Below, piece by piece: positions 25,914 through 39,500 of a DNA stretch of 64,000 nt (positions are counted from its first letter, which is position 1; the number at the start of each line of letters is the position of its first letter). Origin of the DNA: Macrostomum lignano (taxonomy: Eukaryota); assembly GCA_002269645.1 (NCBI GenBank), contig NIVC01000245.1, positions 62,001 to 126,000 on the forward strand, in the 5' to 3' direction. The notes below the pieces were generated by a model that saw only the letters and a list, made by a program, of their open reading frames with translations, made no database searches and was not told the DNA's origin. A program made the position numbers and the translations under genes.

Positions 25914-28377
25914 AAAGACCCCATCACCCGGTGATGCAGAATCAGTACGTCTTCAGTGACATACAGCACAGATTTTTTGTCTAATTATAATTAGTAAAAA
26001 AGTTTCTAAGTCAGCTAGGAAATGTTCAGGAAACCTCTGGTGACACAAAAATCGATTAATTCTCTCAGCGGTTGCAGTCTCAGAGTTTGGAATCCTGTCA
26101 TTTTGGCTGGCAGCCAATATACTGCCATAAATCCCATAGCTTGCGGCCCAACACTGCAGAGTCCCAGAAGAAAGAGTTTTTTCTTCAGCTTCACAAATTG
26201 GCCATCATGTAGTGAGGCTGCATGCTTGCCAAAAAATTAATAAGAAAAAATCTACATGACAAAAAGCTCTGAATGATGATGATGAAGATGAGAGAGAGAG
26301 AGAGAGTGAGTGAAAGTGTGAAAGCCTCATCAATGCAGCTCAGTAGCATTGTCCACAATGCATCCCCATCTTTGAGTTACCTTGGCTGGCTTTTTAACAA
26401 TTCTCAATTTTTCACACCACCTATAACGACATCATTCATCAGAGAAGTGCCAACTGATAGCCTGTGTGCAGGTGTCCGATGACAATAGGCTAATTAATTA
26501 TTTATTAGCTTTAATTTACAACACTATAGCGTGTAAGACTCAACTGCATGCAAATTTTCTTCGCTGTGTAATACTTGTCAATTTTTCCTGGCCGCGTAAA
26601 TCCAGCCTCCTGCATGGCTGCTTCATCAAGTGTGAGTTATACATATAGGTAATCATATAGCACCCAGATAGTCTTCTCTTTTACTCAACTTTGGATCCTA
26701 TAAAATTCTGTGCAAGCTTGTCTCTCAACTCACCCAAATATGCGTGCATGCAGTATAGGCTTTGGCTTTGCTATTAACGCTTGTCAGAGAAATTTCTCAA
26801 AACCCAAGCATCGATCGGCAAAACCAGCACTGAATTATAATTTCTACCTTTAATAAGCTGCTAGCTAATACCAGTGCAGCTTTCCTAGAACTCGGAGAGC
26901 GATAATTAGGATTATTGATGAGTTGAACTCCAGTGGGGAGGGCTATCGTGTATTGGTCTATGCGCTGTCTCAAATTGACAGCTTTAAATTCTCGCAGTAT
27001 TGGCTACATGCCATTGGATCCTCACAAATAGGTAAGATAATTAGCCAGCACTCATTAGTGGGATTTATTGGTTTCGTTTTTTTCACTTGACAGACAAGTC
27101 CGTTAATCCAAGATTTACCTCCATTTGTGGTTCCTCAACTAGGATTAGTGCGTACATGTAGTACGTATTGTGTCTTTTCTGATTTTAATCTAGCTTGCGT
27201 TAAAACATCAATTAAGACATATATGGTGATCATATGTACGCCCCTTTCAGAATACAACAATCTGCATGCAAAATCGACATGCTTGTAATTAATAGGTGTA
27301 AAAGTTATAGTTGTAATTTTGTAATTCTGTCTTAAAATTGATCCAGCAGAATTCTCAGATAGACACCCAATTTCGACTAATAGCCAATTGCATCCATTCT
27401 TTCCTCCCGGTTCAGATTTTCATTCTTTTGTTGTCCAGGCAACTGGTGGAGTGCCCGAACTATGGAAACATGTAATTCCAGTACCACTAAGGTCAGGAGG
27501 TTTAGTAATTTATTTCACAATTATATCGGGTCTTAATAGTAATTTGACATAGCAACAAAAGTATATTTATTTTTATTGTTATTTAACTACTATGAGTAGC
27601 AATGCAAAAAATTATTGCGTGGAATGTCCATGTACGTTGTATTGTAAATATTTGTAAAGGTTTGAAGAGTAATATAAATTGCCATAGTGTACAGTTGGCA
27701 AAATAATTCAAATCTATTCATATTGCGAACAGTATATTAATTGATGAAATGAGCAAGCAGCAGATATAAAAACCAGTTTTGATGATGGGATGACAAGAGG
27801 AGGTGAAGAGAAGGGAGATTATACACACTGTGCAGTCAGCTGGCGTAAAGTTAGTTTTCAGCGAACGTATATAATTTAGTAAAGTCAGGAACATTACTTC
27901 CGAATTAGAGTGCATTTTAATTTGAATAAAGAAGCTAAAACTCTACGGAACGTGCAATGAAATTATTCCTATGCCAGTTTAATAGATATGAAGATAACAT
28001 TCCAGAATTTACCACAAAAATAGTTCCTGCAAAACGTAACTTAAAATTGCAACTACAGAAACTACAGAAATTGTACAGTAACATATTGTGGTTTATGTTT
28101 TTATTACGGACAAATAATATAAATAAAATACTTTCCGTAAGCACTAATAGCATATACTATAAATTATCGTTTTTTGTTAGTCTTATGGTCTTTTTGGCGC
28201 AATTTAAAAACTTTTTTATTCAAAGAAACAAGTTGATACTGAAGTTCGGTTAAAAACGAAACAAAAAACGCTAGAAGATTGAACGAGCTTTTTTCCTCCT
28301 TATTAGTTGCAACACTGGCGCCAAGCTGCAAAGCCTTGAACTGTGAACTACAATATTTTTAACCAAAGCCTTTCAGT

Positions 28378-30464
28378 ATGTCGATTTTATACGATCGTAA
28401 TAAAGACAACACAGTTGAAAAAGCTCTTTCTTTAGCGGAACGGTCAGGAATCCTACGTCTTTGTAAAAGAACTTTGAAGTCATTTCCACCTATAGCTGTT
28501 AAATTTAATTTTTTAGATCTTTTGACATTAGGTGAGTTAATTTGCTTTTATTTATTCCACTGGTATTGGTAGTAAGTCCTCTGATTAATTTTGTTAATGT
28601 AAACATAGGATGAAGGATAATCGTATCAAATGGTATATAAGATAATTATAGGAATAATATATTCTAGTTTTAAGTGATTTGTCTTTGTAAATAGTCGTTT
28701 ATTTAATCATATATTCCTATGGTTATAACAAGTATCTTATAATTTTTGAAAACATCAGGGTTAGATTATATAATCTTAGATATTATTATTTATCTTTTTT
28801 ATATAGTTTCCATATTGCAGATTGTGTTATATGTATGCCAGAAAGTATCTCTACATATAAAAATCAAAACTCTGTCTGTCTGTGTGTCTGTGTGTGGACA
28901 ATTTTGATCGCTATGGACTCCCAAACCGCTCAACCAAATGACACCAAATTTTACACCCACCCTAAACTCACTACGGAGAATGTCTTAGGCTACCTTTAAA
29001 TTTCCTAAATTTGAGTCTTCCTACCTAAAAGTGCAAAAAACTGCTCAAAATGCGCGATTTTTTTACTAAAGCCTCCTTAGCGCCGCTCCACTTCTACCGA
29101 TCCTCTTCAAATTTGACACAGGCAATTTTCAACTATTTTGACACAATCGTGTAAAATTTCGAGTCTCAAAGTTAATCCTGAACGGCGCTGTGCACTTTTA
29201 AAGTTTGGCTGTTTTTTTCAGCGAGGCAGCCACCCCAACCTCCGCCCGCCTGCCTCTCTTTCCCGATCTGGGCCCAGATGTGTAAAAGGGTTTCAAAATT
29301 GACTAACTTTCAGCTGCCATAAGTTTGCTCCAAGTAAAGCGATTGACTTCAAACTTGACACAATTCTTCATTGACTTATTCTCTGTCTAAATGTAAAGTT
29401 TCAACTCTCTAACTCAATCAGAACAGAAACTGTAAACATGTAAAGTTTGTCTGCTTTTTCTGTTGTTTGTGCCACTCACTCACTCATTCCCCCAGAGCCA
29501 GACGAAGGGTCAGGCGATAGGGCTCAATGTACATAGCGAATGTACAGTGTTTTGGAATAACTTTTTAATAGCCTTCTCTGTACCCCGCGAGTGGAGAGGC
29601 GTGGAGAGGAGAGAGTTTAGCGAGAGATTCAATTTCAAACCACTGTCCTCTGAATAGACAAGTCTGCAGCAGTTAAACAAGGATGGCAAATCAAGGCGAT
29701 GTGGGATGGTTTGTAAAAATATCGAAAAATTAATGAATAACTGATTACAATGCAATCCTACTAAATTAGTTAGTTACAGCATGAAGCTTTTAACATTAAG
29801 ATTCGCATTAAGGTAACTTTAAAATTTAAATGGCTACGAAGAAATGCGTATTTCCATGGTTGTTAGACTGCTGCAGACTGGTGGTGGAGCTGGAGAATGG
29901 AGATACACAAATTCCTCTCAGGGCTGCTAATTGGCCAGAAAGATGACGCGATTAAAGCATGAGAAATGATAACAAATAACAACCATGATAGTATTACTTC
30001 CCATCCCATGCACAAACTGGCTTTCGAAGCAGGGATCGGCAGATTTTTATCTCAAAGGCCAGATAAAGAATCCAGCTCATGGCTGCGGGCCAGATGAGAG
30101 TGAAAAGGAAGAGGAATAGACTATTAGAGAGGGAGGAGGGGCGAGAGGGGGATAAGAGAGCAGATAGAAGATAACAGGAGAGACGAGGGGGTTGAGGAGA
30201 GAGCAGAGAATATGGGACGAAGAAGCGAGAGGGGGGAGAGAGAAGGGAGACGAAATAGTAGAGGTGAGAAGATGGAGAGAGAAGAGGGGAGAGATGAGAC
30301 AGAGGATCGATGAGAGAGGAGAGTGGAGAAGAGTGAGAAGAGATGAGAGATGAGAGATAAGAGGGGGAGAGAGAGAGGAGTGAGAAGAGAGGAGATTAGA
30401 AAGGATAGAGAAGAGAGGAGATAAGAGGGAGAGAGAGAGAGGAGTGAGAAGAGAGGAGATAAGA

Positions 30465-30544
<80 letters not shown>

Positions 30545-33500
30545 GAGAAAGAAGAGAGGACAAAGGAGAGATGATAGAGTAAAGGGAAGAGGAGGAGAGA
30601 AAAAAGAGATGAGATTGTAGAGATGAGAGAGATGAAAGGAAAGATGAGAGAGTAGAGATGAGAGATGAAGGAAGAGAGAGCAGAGTGCAGAGAGACGAGA
30701 GAAGAGAATAGAGGGGAGAGAGTATAGAAGAGGGAAGAGAAGAGAGGAGTAAGGAAAGAGAGGAGTCAGAAGAGGGGAAAGAGAAGAGTACACAGTAGAG
30801 AGGAGAGTAGAGATGACAGAAGAGAGAGGGAAATGAGAGAGCAAAGATGAGAGTGAACAGACGATATAAGAGAGGAGAGAGGAGAGTGGAGAGAGAAGAG
30901 AGAAGACAAGAGAGGGAGAGAGTATAGAAGAGAGAAGAGAAGAGACGAGAAGAAAGAAGAAAGGAAAGAGAGTCCTGAGTCAAAAAGGGGAAAGAGAGGA
31001 GTACAAGAAGAGAGAGGTGAGAGAACATATGAGAGTAAAGATGACAGATGAGAGAGGGGAGATGAGAGAGCAGAAACCAGAGTGAACAGACGAGAGATGG
31101 GAGAGTAGAGAGAAGAGAGGAGAGATAAGAAATAAGAGATGAGATGTGGGGACAAGGGAGAGATGAGAAGTGAGTGAGGAGAGAGGAGGGGAAGGGAGAG
31201 AATTGAGAGGACAGGGGAAATTGGTGAAAAGGACGAGAGAGGAGAGGAAAGAGAGGAGAGATTAGAGAGAAGAGAGATAGGACAGGAGAGAGCAGAGAGA
31301 AGAGAGGAGAGAGAGAAGAGAGAAATGAGAAAAGATAAGAGAGAGAGAAGATAAAAGAAGAGAAATGAGATATAAGAGAGCGAAGACGAGAGAGAAGGGA
31401 GGTGAGAGAAAAGAATAGTGGGGAGAGGGAAGAGACGAGAGAAGAGGGGAGAGAGGAGAGAGGACAGAGAAGAGAAGAAAGAAGAGATAAGAGGAGAAAA
31501 AGAGGAGACGAGAGACGTGAGAGAAGATAGGAAACAGAAAAGAAGATGGAAGTTTTAAAGGATGCAAAGTACATAGGGAGAGGCAGAGGTAGAGGCCAGA
31601 GTTTGCCTGACATTCTGCGCAGCACCCCAGCCAACAATATCAATGTTTGCTTCAAATCCTAATTTTACACGAATTTATACTCTATTTTATGTTTAACTCC
31701 ATCCTAACTATTAACAAGTTTTTGTTTGAGTTTGACCTCAGATTTTAGATTACATGCAAAAATAATTCTGGGGAATGGAGTTCCCCGGGTTCAAAATCCG
31801 CGGGTTTCAACAGCTTGTTTTACTATATATTAAAGTGTATGCCAGTAAAATATGCCAATTCAGTGTTCAGTAAATTGTATACCAATTTGTATGATTAACA
31901 AGCATACAAACAATGCAACAAGCAATAAATATAAAAAAAATTGCTGCAGAAAAATGAATCCTTTAATTATAAAAATGGAACTAATTAGTAAAACAAAGTA
32001 ATTCTATTGTAGTGAAACTACAAGTAAGCTTGAAAAATATATTTTATGAGTTAAAAGATAAAAGGATTGGGGCAAGAAACTTAACTGCAAGAAAGAACTA
32101 TAAAAGGAAATTAATATATGGTAAAATCATGGCAAACCAAGCTGCAAAAAAGTACAACAAAATATCTATACTATATTATTGGGGGGGGGCAGGGGTAGCC
32201 CAGTGGTAGTTGGTAGTATAGCTGCTCTGCTGTGCTAGCGACCTAGGCTTGATTCAAAGTATAGTCACATTAATTTGGGGCTGAATTGTAATCTTGGAAT
32301 TGGAAGCTTAGTTCTGCTTGTGCAATTAACAGCCTTGAGAGCCAACCCCCGAAGGCGTAGTGAAGTGTACATGCCTAACGATAATATAAAGTTAGGGCTG
32401 CTGTACATTCCTGTGTGAGTATGTACTTGTGTACTGGTATATATCTGCATGCTTGTATGCCTGCTCAAAAGAGTTGGTAGAATAGGAAGTAATGCCTCTT
32501 GCCAGTTGTGTACCTATGTCGCTTAAAGTGCGCCAGGGTGCACACAACCCCCTGCCTCTAATAAAAAAATCTATATTATTGATTTAGGCAGATTTTTTAC
32601 TAATACTATAGAAAATTTGAGTAAATTATACAGTTTAGTTATATAGAAGATTTAAAAACCTAAATTATTGTCATAATTTTAAATTAGCTTTACTAAACAA
32701 TTTGTTAGTGTAATTTATGCAATAATATTTTATACTTCTATGCTTTTTGTTGCTATGCTGCAAGCTTGAACAAGTATAGTTAAGAATTTTAAGCCAATGA
32801 TTATGCTAGAAAGTTGTATAATGTATTTTGCTTCTTGTATGTCAGATGTATACTAGCCAAAGCATTTGAACCCTAGAATTTTCTCGAATATACTACACCT
32901 TCCACAATATGGTATAGCTTTGATTTATATAACTGTATTCAATCCAATGTATTTTAAAAAGATTAAGAGTTTGCTAGCTGTTAGACCTCTTATATTTGAC
33001 TAATATTAACAATAATAATCCTGTTTAATTACTTCTTTTGCAATATACAATAAATTCAAACCTATTTTTTCTATTCTTATATAGGTATACGAGCTATAAA
33101 GACCTATAAAAGAGGGAATTCTAAAGCTCTATATACACTTATGCCTATTTATATCTTTATAGGTAAATAATAACTAAAGTTATAGATTAGTAGTTTAATA
33201 GCAAAAATTATAGTTTAGTAGTTTTGATTTAAATCTACCAAAGAACTGCATTTAATATTTAGTTCATTTTATCACTTCTTTAAGTTAAGTCCCAATTGCA
33301 AAGTTATGTTTATGATAGAAAGTAGCACAATAATAAATAGTAATTTAGACTATTGAAAAAGCACAATAACTGATAAAGAAGTGATAAATATGGTCATGCA
33401 TGTTAAAATTGAAGTCTATTGTCAATTAGCTAGATTTTAATACTTTGTGTACTTTTTAATATTAAGTTATAATTCTATATTATTTTATTACTTTTACATA

Positions 33501-36500
33501 AACTTTTGTTATTATTATAAAATTTAGTATCATAAAGTGTAGTGATAAGTTAAAAATATATAAATTCTAACATTAACATAAATGTTGCTTGTAATCTCAA
33601 GTTCTATTTCTAAATGTTTTTGTTAACTTATTGTAATCAAATTATATAATTTATAGTCTGTCTATTTTGTTAGCATATTTTATAGTAGTATATTTTTCTC
33701 CATTATAAGCTGGTGAATGTCTGATAGATTATCTTCTATAAGTATTCTTGGCATTATTGAACAACCTACTATTTCAGAATTAGAAAAGAAATAGTTTTTT
33801 TAATCTTCTTTCCAATGCACCCCTATGCCTACATTGTAGATCTATCGCATAACAAGCTAACAGAATACCCAAAGCAGCTGTGCAACTGTCATTTCCTATC
33901 AATCAGCAATTGTAGTCACAATTTGTTAAAATCATTACCAGACGAATTTGATCAGCTGCAGAATCTTCTACAATTAGACTTGAGCTACAATTGTTTAACT
34001 GTACTGCCAAAATCATTGTGCAGATTGCAGAAATTGCAAGTGCTCATTATTTGTAATAATAAATTGTCCAGCTTGCCAGATGACTGTGGAGACCTTGTCA
34101 GTCTGGTAGTATTGGTGAGCTGTCAGTCAAATGAATATCCTAATATCTTAAACCCCAACCACATGCATTAAATATGAAATTCATATTGATTTTTTTTCCA
34201 GGATGCATCAAATAACAAAATTCAGAGCGCTTCAGCCAGGCTGGTCAATTTGAAAGCGTTGAGAATCTTCAAGCTTCGCAACAATGCATTGCAAAGTGTG
34301 CCAGAAGGTATGTTGTGCCTTTTGTAGGTTTTTTTTAGTTCTTCGGCTCTAAATGATTTCAAAGCTTGGAAAGCCAATTTGTGAAGATTCAAATTTGTGA
34401 AGATTCAAATATGTGAAAATTCGAACTTGTGAAGATTCGAAATTGTGAAGATTCGAACTTGTAAAAATTCGAACTTCTGAAGATTCGAAATTGTGAAGAT
34501 TCGAACTTGTGAAAATCTGAACTTGTGAAGATTTGAACTTGTGAAGATTCGAAATTGTGAAGATTCGAACTTGTGAAAATTCGAACTTGTGAAGATTCGA
34601 AATTGTGAAGATTCGAACTTGTGAAAATTCGAACTTCTGAAGATTCGAAATTGTGAAGATTCGAACTTGTGAAAATCTGAACTTGTGAAGATTTGAACTT
34701 GTGAAGATTCGAAATTGTGAAGATTCAAATTTGTGAAGATTCAAATTTGTGAAGATTCGAAATTGTGAAGATTCAAATTTGTGAAGATTCGAACTTGTGA
34801 AGATTCGAACTTGTGAAGATCTGAACTTGTGAAGATCTGAACTTGTGAAGGTCTGAACTTGTGAAGGTCTGAACTTGTGAAGATTCGAATTTATGAAGAT
34901 TCGAACTTGTGAAGATTGAAACTTGTGAAGATCCAAACTTGTAAAGATTTGAACTTTTGTGAATGTCCGAACTTGTGAAAATTCGAACTTGTGAAGATCT
35001 GAACTTGTGAAGGTCTGAACTTGTGAAGATTCGAACTTGTGAAGATTCGAATTTATGAAGATTCGAACTTGTAAAGATTCGAACTTTTGAAGATTCGAAT
35101 TTGTGAATATTCGAACTTGTGAAGATTCGAACTTGCGAAGATTTGAACTTGTGAAGATTCAAATTTGTGAAGATTTGAAATTGTGAAGATTCGAACTTGT
35201 GAAGATCTGAACTTGTGAAGGTTCGAATTTATGAAGATTCGAACTTGTGAAGATTCGAACTTGTGAAGATTCGAACTTTTGAAGATTCGAACTTGTGAAG
35301 ATTCGAACTTGTGAAGATTCGAACTTTTGAAGATTCGAACTTGTGAAGATTCGAACTTGTGAAGATTCGAACTTGCTAAGTAGCATATAAAGCGTGTTTA
35401 TTCATTCGCTAATACAAGTCAGAATCATCATATTCCCCTGAACCCCTATCAGAATGGTGCCATCTCCGGCTTCACTGCCTGGACTTGTCTGTCAATCAGC
35501 TGACAAGCTTGCCACCAGCCTACAGCGAGATGAGACCTGGCCTGACCCAGCTCAACCTTGAGCTCAATCCCATGCAGTCTCCGCCGCCTCACGTGTGCTG
35601 TCGCGGTCCCAGTCACGTGTTGAAATTTTTAGCCTCCTGCAGGGCCGGTACCGAACTGCCTTGGCACTATGCCAAACCGTCTTCCTCATCTGGGGCGGCA
35701 GTGTCCTCAGTTGGGCGGCGAAATCAAAATAATTTATCGGCGGCGACTTCAAAGGAACCGGCTGATGCAACGGTGGCTAATTCTACTGGAGTGCTGATTG
35801 CTGCGCCTGAAGATTTTGCCGATTTTAATGGAGACGCTTTGCCTGTGAGCACTTGTGTTTTTCTTTTTAAAGAATTGGGACTATTTGAAATTGCGTGCTA
35901 GCTCCATTGGGATTTCCCAGATTTTAGAGGATTTTTCGTCTTTAAGTTTTATTTAGTTTTTTTTATCCATGGGATCTTTTGGTTTTCTGGGATTTGAGTA
36001 TCTGTGGAATCTGGGTTATTGGAGATTTGAGAATCTGTGGGATCTGATTATCTGTGGGATTTGATTATCTGTGGGATCTGAGTATCTGTGGGATCTGAGG
36101 TATTGGGGATTTGAGTATCTGTGGGATCTGAGTATCTGTGGGATCTGAGGTATTGGGGATTTGAGTATCTGTGGGATCTGAGGTATTGGGGATTTGAGTG
36201 TCTGTGGGATCTGAGGTATTGGGGATTTGAGTGTCTGTGGGATCTGAGGTATTGGGGATTTGAGTGTCTGTGGGATCTGAGGTATTGAGGATTTGAGTAT
36301 CTGTGAGATCTGAGTTATTGGGGATTTGAGTGTCTGTGGGATCTGAGTTATTGAGGATTTGAGAATGTGAGGGATCTGAGTTATTGAGGATTTTAGTATC
36401 TGTGGGATCTAAGTTATTGAGGATTTGAGTATCTGTGAGATCTGAGTTATTGGGGATTTGAGTGTCTGTGGGATCTGAGTTATTGAGGATTTGAGAATGT

Positions 36501-39500
36501 GAGGGATCTGAGTTATTGAGGATTTGAGAATGTGAGGGATCTGAGTTATTGAGGATTTTAGTATCTGTGAGATCTGAGTTATTGGGGATTTGAGTGTCTG
36601 TGGGATCTGAGTTATTGGGGATTTGAGTGTCTGTGGGATCTTAGTCTCTGGGATCTGAGTTATTGGGGATTTGAGTGTCTGTGGGATCTGAGTTATTGGG
36701 GATTTGAGTGTCTGTGGGATCTTAGTCTCTGGGATCTGAGTTATTGGGGATTTGAGTGTCTGTGGGATCTTAGTCTCTGGGATCTGAGTTATTGGGGATT
36801 TGAGTTATTGGGGATTTGAGTTATTGGGGATTTGAGTTATTGGAGTGTATCTTTCACTGTGCAAGTTTTATTTTAATGTAAAAATCCTCTTTAGCAATTA
36901 ATTCCTTTCCATAATCACTGATTTTTTCGCTCTCTCAAACAAACAGTCCGCAAAAGAAGTAAAAAAATTGAAGTGGACTGCAAACGCATTCCACATTGGC
37001 ACTTGGTAAATTAATTATTTACGATTTACTGCCGTAAACATGGCAAATCACAAATATTTTTGTGTAAGATAAATAAAATGACTAGAAAATGAAGTTTCTA
37101 CCCATTTGGTTTGCCGGCATGCATTCGGATGAGTCAAATATTTTTTGTTTAAAATGTTAAACTCATATAGTTGCTTTTCACTAGTTTTTTAGCCCGCAAA
37201 GTTTTTTTCACATTTTAATTTTCGCATTTTTACTATCAGTAGAATGTTGGGGCGTTTTTTGCTTAATTTGTTGTACAAAAAAAACCATTCTATTTCTTCA
37301 GTCGATGCCTCAGCTGACGCAGCGGCGAATTTCTACTGTCTCGTCGGGTTCGTCTAGCGCCACTCAGCTCTCGGCTAGCGCTGCGGCTCTTCAATTCAGT
37401 TCGAGTAATTCGGTTATGCAACGTCTCGAACAGCAATCTAGCCGGCTTGGCGGTAGTTCCACGTTGCCAAGGCGACGGCCTGCAACGATTGTAACTCTCG
37501 ATGCAACCGCTGTTGACGCTTCAGTGAGCGGTGAGATTTTGCAATTTGAAATTGTTGGATTTGTTTTATGAGTATCTACGAGTTGATATTGTTGCTAGGG
37601 TAGCTACTGTGTTGCTAGGGTAACTATTGTGTTTCTACGTAGGGTAGCTATTGAGTTGCTAGGGTAGCTATTATGTCGCTAGGGTAGCTGCTACGTTGCT
37701 AGGGTAGCTGACTGAGTTGCTAGGGTGGCTACTGAGTTGCTAGGATAGCTATTGGGTTGCTAGGGTAGCTATTGGGTTGCTAGGGTAGCCATTGGGTTGC
37801 TAGGGTAGCTATTGGGTTGCTAGGGTAGCCATTGGGTTGCTAGGATAGCTATTGGGTTGCTAGGATAGCTACTGGGTTGCTAAGGTAGCTATTGGGTTGC
37901 TAGGGTAGCTATTGGGTTGCTAGGGTAACTATTGTGCTGCTAGGGTAGCTATTGCGTTGTTAGGATAGCTAATGCATTGCTAGGGTAGCTACTTTGTTGC
38001 TAGGGTAACTACTGTGTTGCTAGGGTAGCTATTGTGTTGCTATGGCAGCAAGATCGTATTGCTATGGTAACTACTCGGCTATCACGTTATGTTAAAAAAC
38101 CATCCTCAATTCCAGCCTCCGCCCCAGCAGCGCCATCGGCCCCGGCGCACCAGTCGGACAGTCCGGTCGCTGGCGACCAGCTCGGCCCGGCCGACGCCTC
38201 GGCCGTGGCAGCCATGCGCGCCATTGTGGAGCATCGGCTCGGAGTTCGATTGCCTGATCGGTCGGACAGGCTGGCCGAACGCTTGATTGACGGACAGCTA
38301 CTCGGACAGTTGGCCGAACTGGCCGGACAAGAAGGTGAAGCGTTGGTGTCGCCTGGTGGTCACGGCCGGCTGTTGGACTTGTACCAGCGGCTGGGAGTGT
38401 CCGAGGTGAGAATTGGAAGCGTACATTGCCATGAAACTTACCTGTTGCTATGGAGCCGGTTCTTTTGCTATGGGAACTACCCTGTAGCTCTGGAAACTAT
38501 CCTGTTGCTATGGGAACCATCCTGTTGCTATGGGAACCATCCTGTTGCTATGGGAACCATCCTGCTGCTGTGGGAACTATCCTGTTGCTATGGCAACTAT
38601 CCTGTTGCTATGGGAACTATCATGCTGCTAGGGGAAATATCCTGTAGCTATGGCCACCATCATGTTACTATGGGAATTATCCTGCTGCTATGGGAACTAT
38701 CTGTTGCTATGGGAACTATCATGCTGCTAGGGGAAATATCCTGTTGCTATGGCCACTATCCTGTTGCTATGGGAACCATCCTGTTGCTATTGAACTATCA
38801 TGCTGCTATGGGAAATATCCTGTTGCTATAACAACTATCTTGTTGCTATGGGAACTATCCTGTTGCTATGGTGACTATCCTGTTGCAATATACTACTCTG
38901 CTAAGAAAGCGATAAGTCTTACATTAGGTAGTTGAATTAAGTTTCGCGATTGCTTTCTTGAAAGAAATTTCGTAGTAACCGACATTTTTTTCTGGGCCCA
39001 GCGTTTTTTGCTTAGTTACATAACTTAACCTGCTAACTGTTAACTTTAATAAGTTAAATTAACCGTATTGTCTACTTGCAGTGCGGTGTTAAACCGTAGT
39101 TTGTGTTAATAATGCGATTCCTAACTTGTAAAAAAACACATTTTCAGGCTAACTTGTCCTTATTGGCAAAACTAGGGGACTGTCGTGTCAGAGGACCGCC
39201 ACAGTTTCTAGACAAAGTGCTGGCAATTGCTTTGCTCATCTTCTGGCTTCTAACCTGCGGTTACTTGCTAAATAACAGCTGGACTGTTTCTTGCTGATGT
39301 CGTGTTTTAAATATCTCGATATCATGAAACAGAACATTGGTCTTGATATTCATTTTGTTCATAAAACATAGCTCATTATTATTAGATTTTTTGGCGTACT
39401 CTATTGTGGTCGATGCTACATGTGCATCAAATGAGGTATGTGCATTCCGTCTCAGTACCGTCAGAGTCTCTGCCCCAATGCCCTCTCTCTCCCGACGAAA

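Larger units (their letters stand above)
28848..31817 (+). mobile_element. Non-autonomous Helitron-like element in LRCH intron 1, carrying nested insertions
   Basis: A|TC 5' start (TCTCTACATATAAAAATCAAAACTCTGTCTGTCTGTGTGTC...CCAAACCGCTCAACCAAATGACACCAAATTTT), repeated internal ...AAA(T/C)TTGACACA modules, and a 3' GC-rich imperfect hairpin (CCCCGGGTTCAAAATCCGCGGG) before CAGCTTG|T (canonical CTAG|T). Pairing the two ends is an inference. Confidence 0.5.

Noticed and set aside
9700-26000. PR/SET-domain exons for the MECOM-like gene
   Set aside because: No exon with SET-like motifs was recognised by eye; the short ORFs at 10.4-10.8, 12.0-12.8, 14.1-15.9 and 24.4-24.8 kb could not be assigned and may be decayed transposon fragments.
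30077-31655. Leu/Ser-rich 255- and 419-aa minus-strand ORFs resembling membrane proteins
   Set aside because: Reverse complement of a GA-rich low-complexity tract.
33815-33839. ATG at 33815 as the LRCH start
   Set aside because: A TTGTAG acceptor at 33839 joins in phase to the conserved LRCH first exon at 28378-28531.
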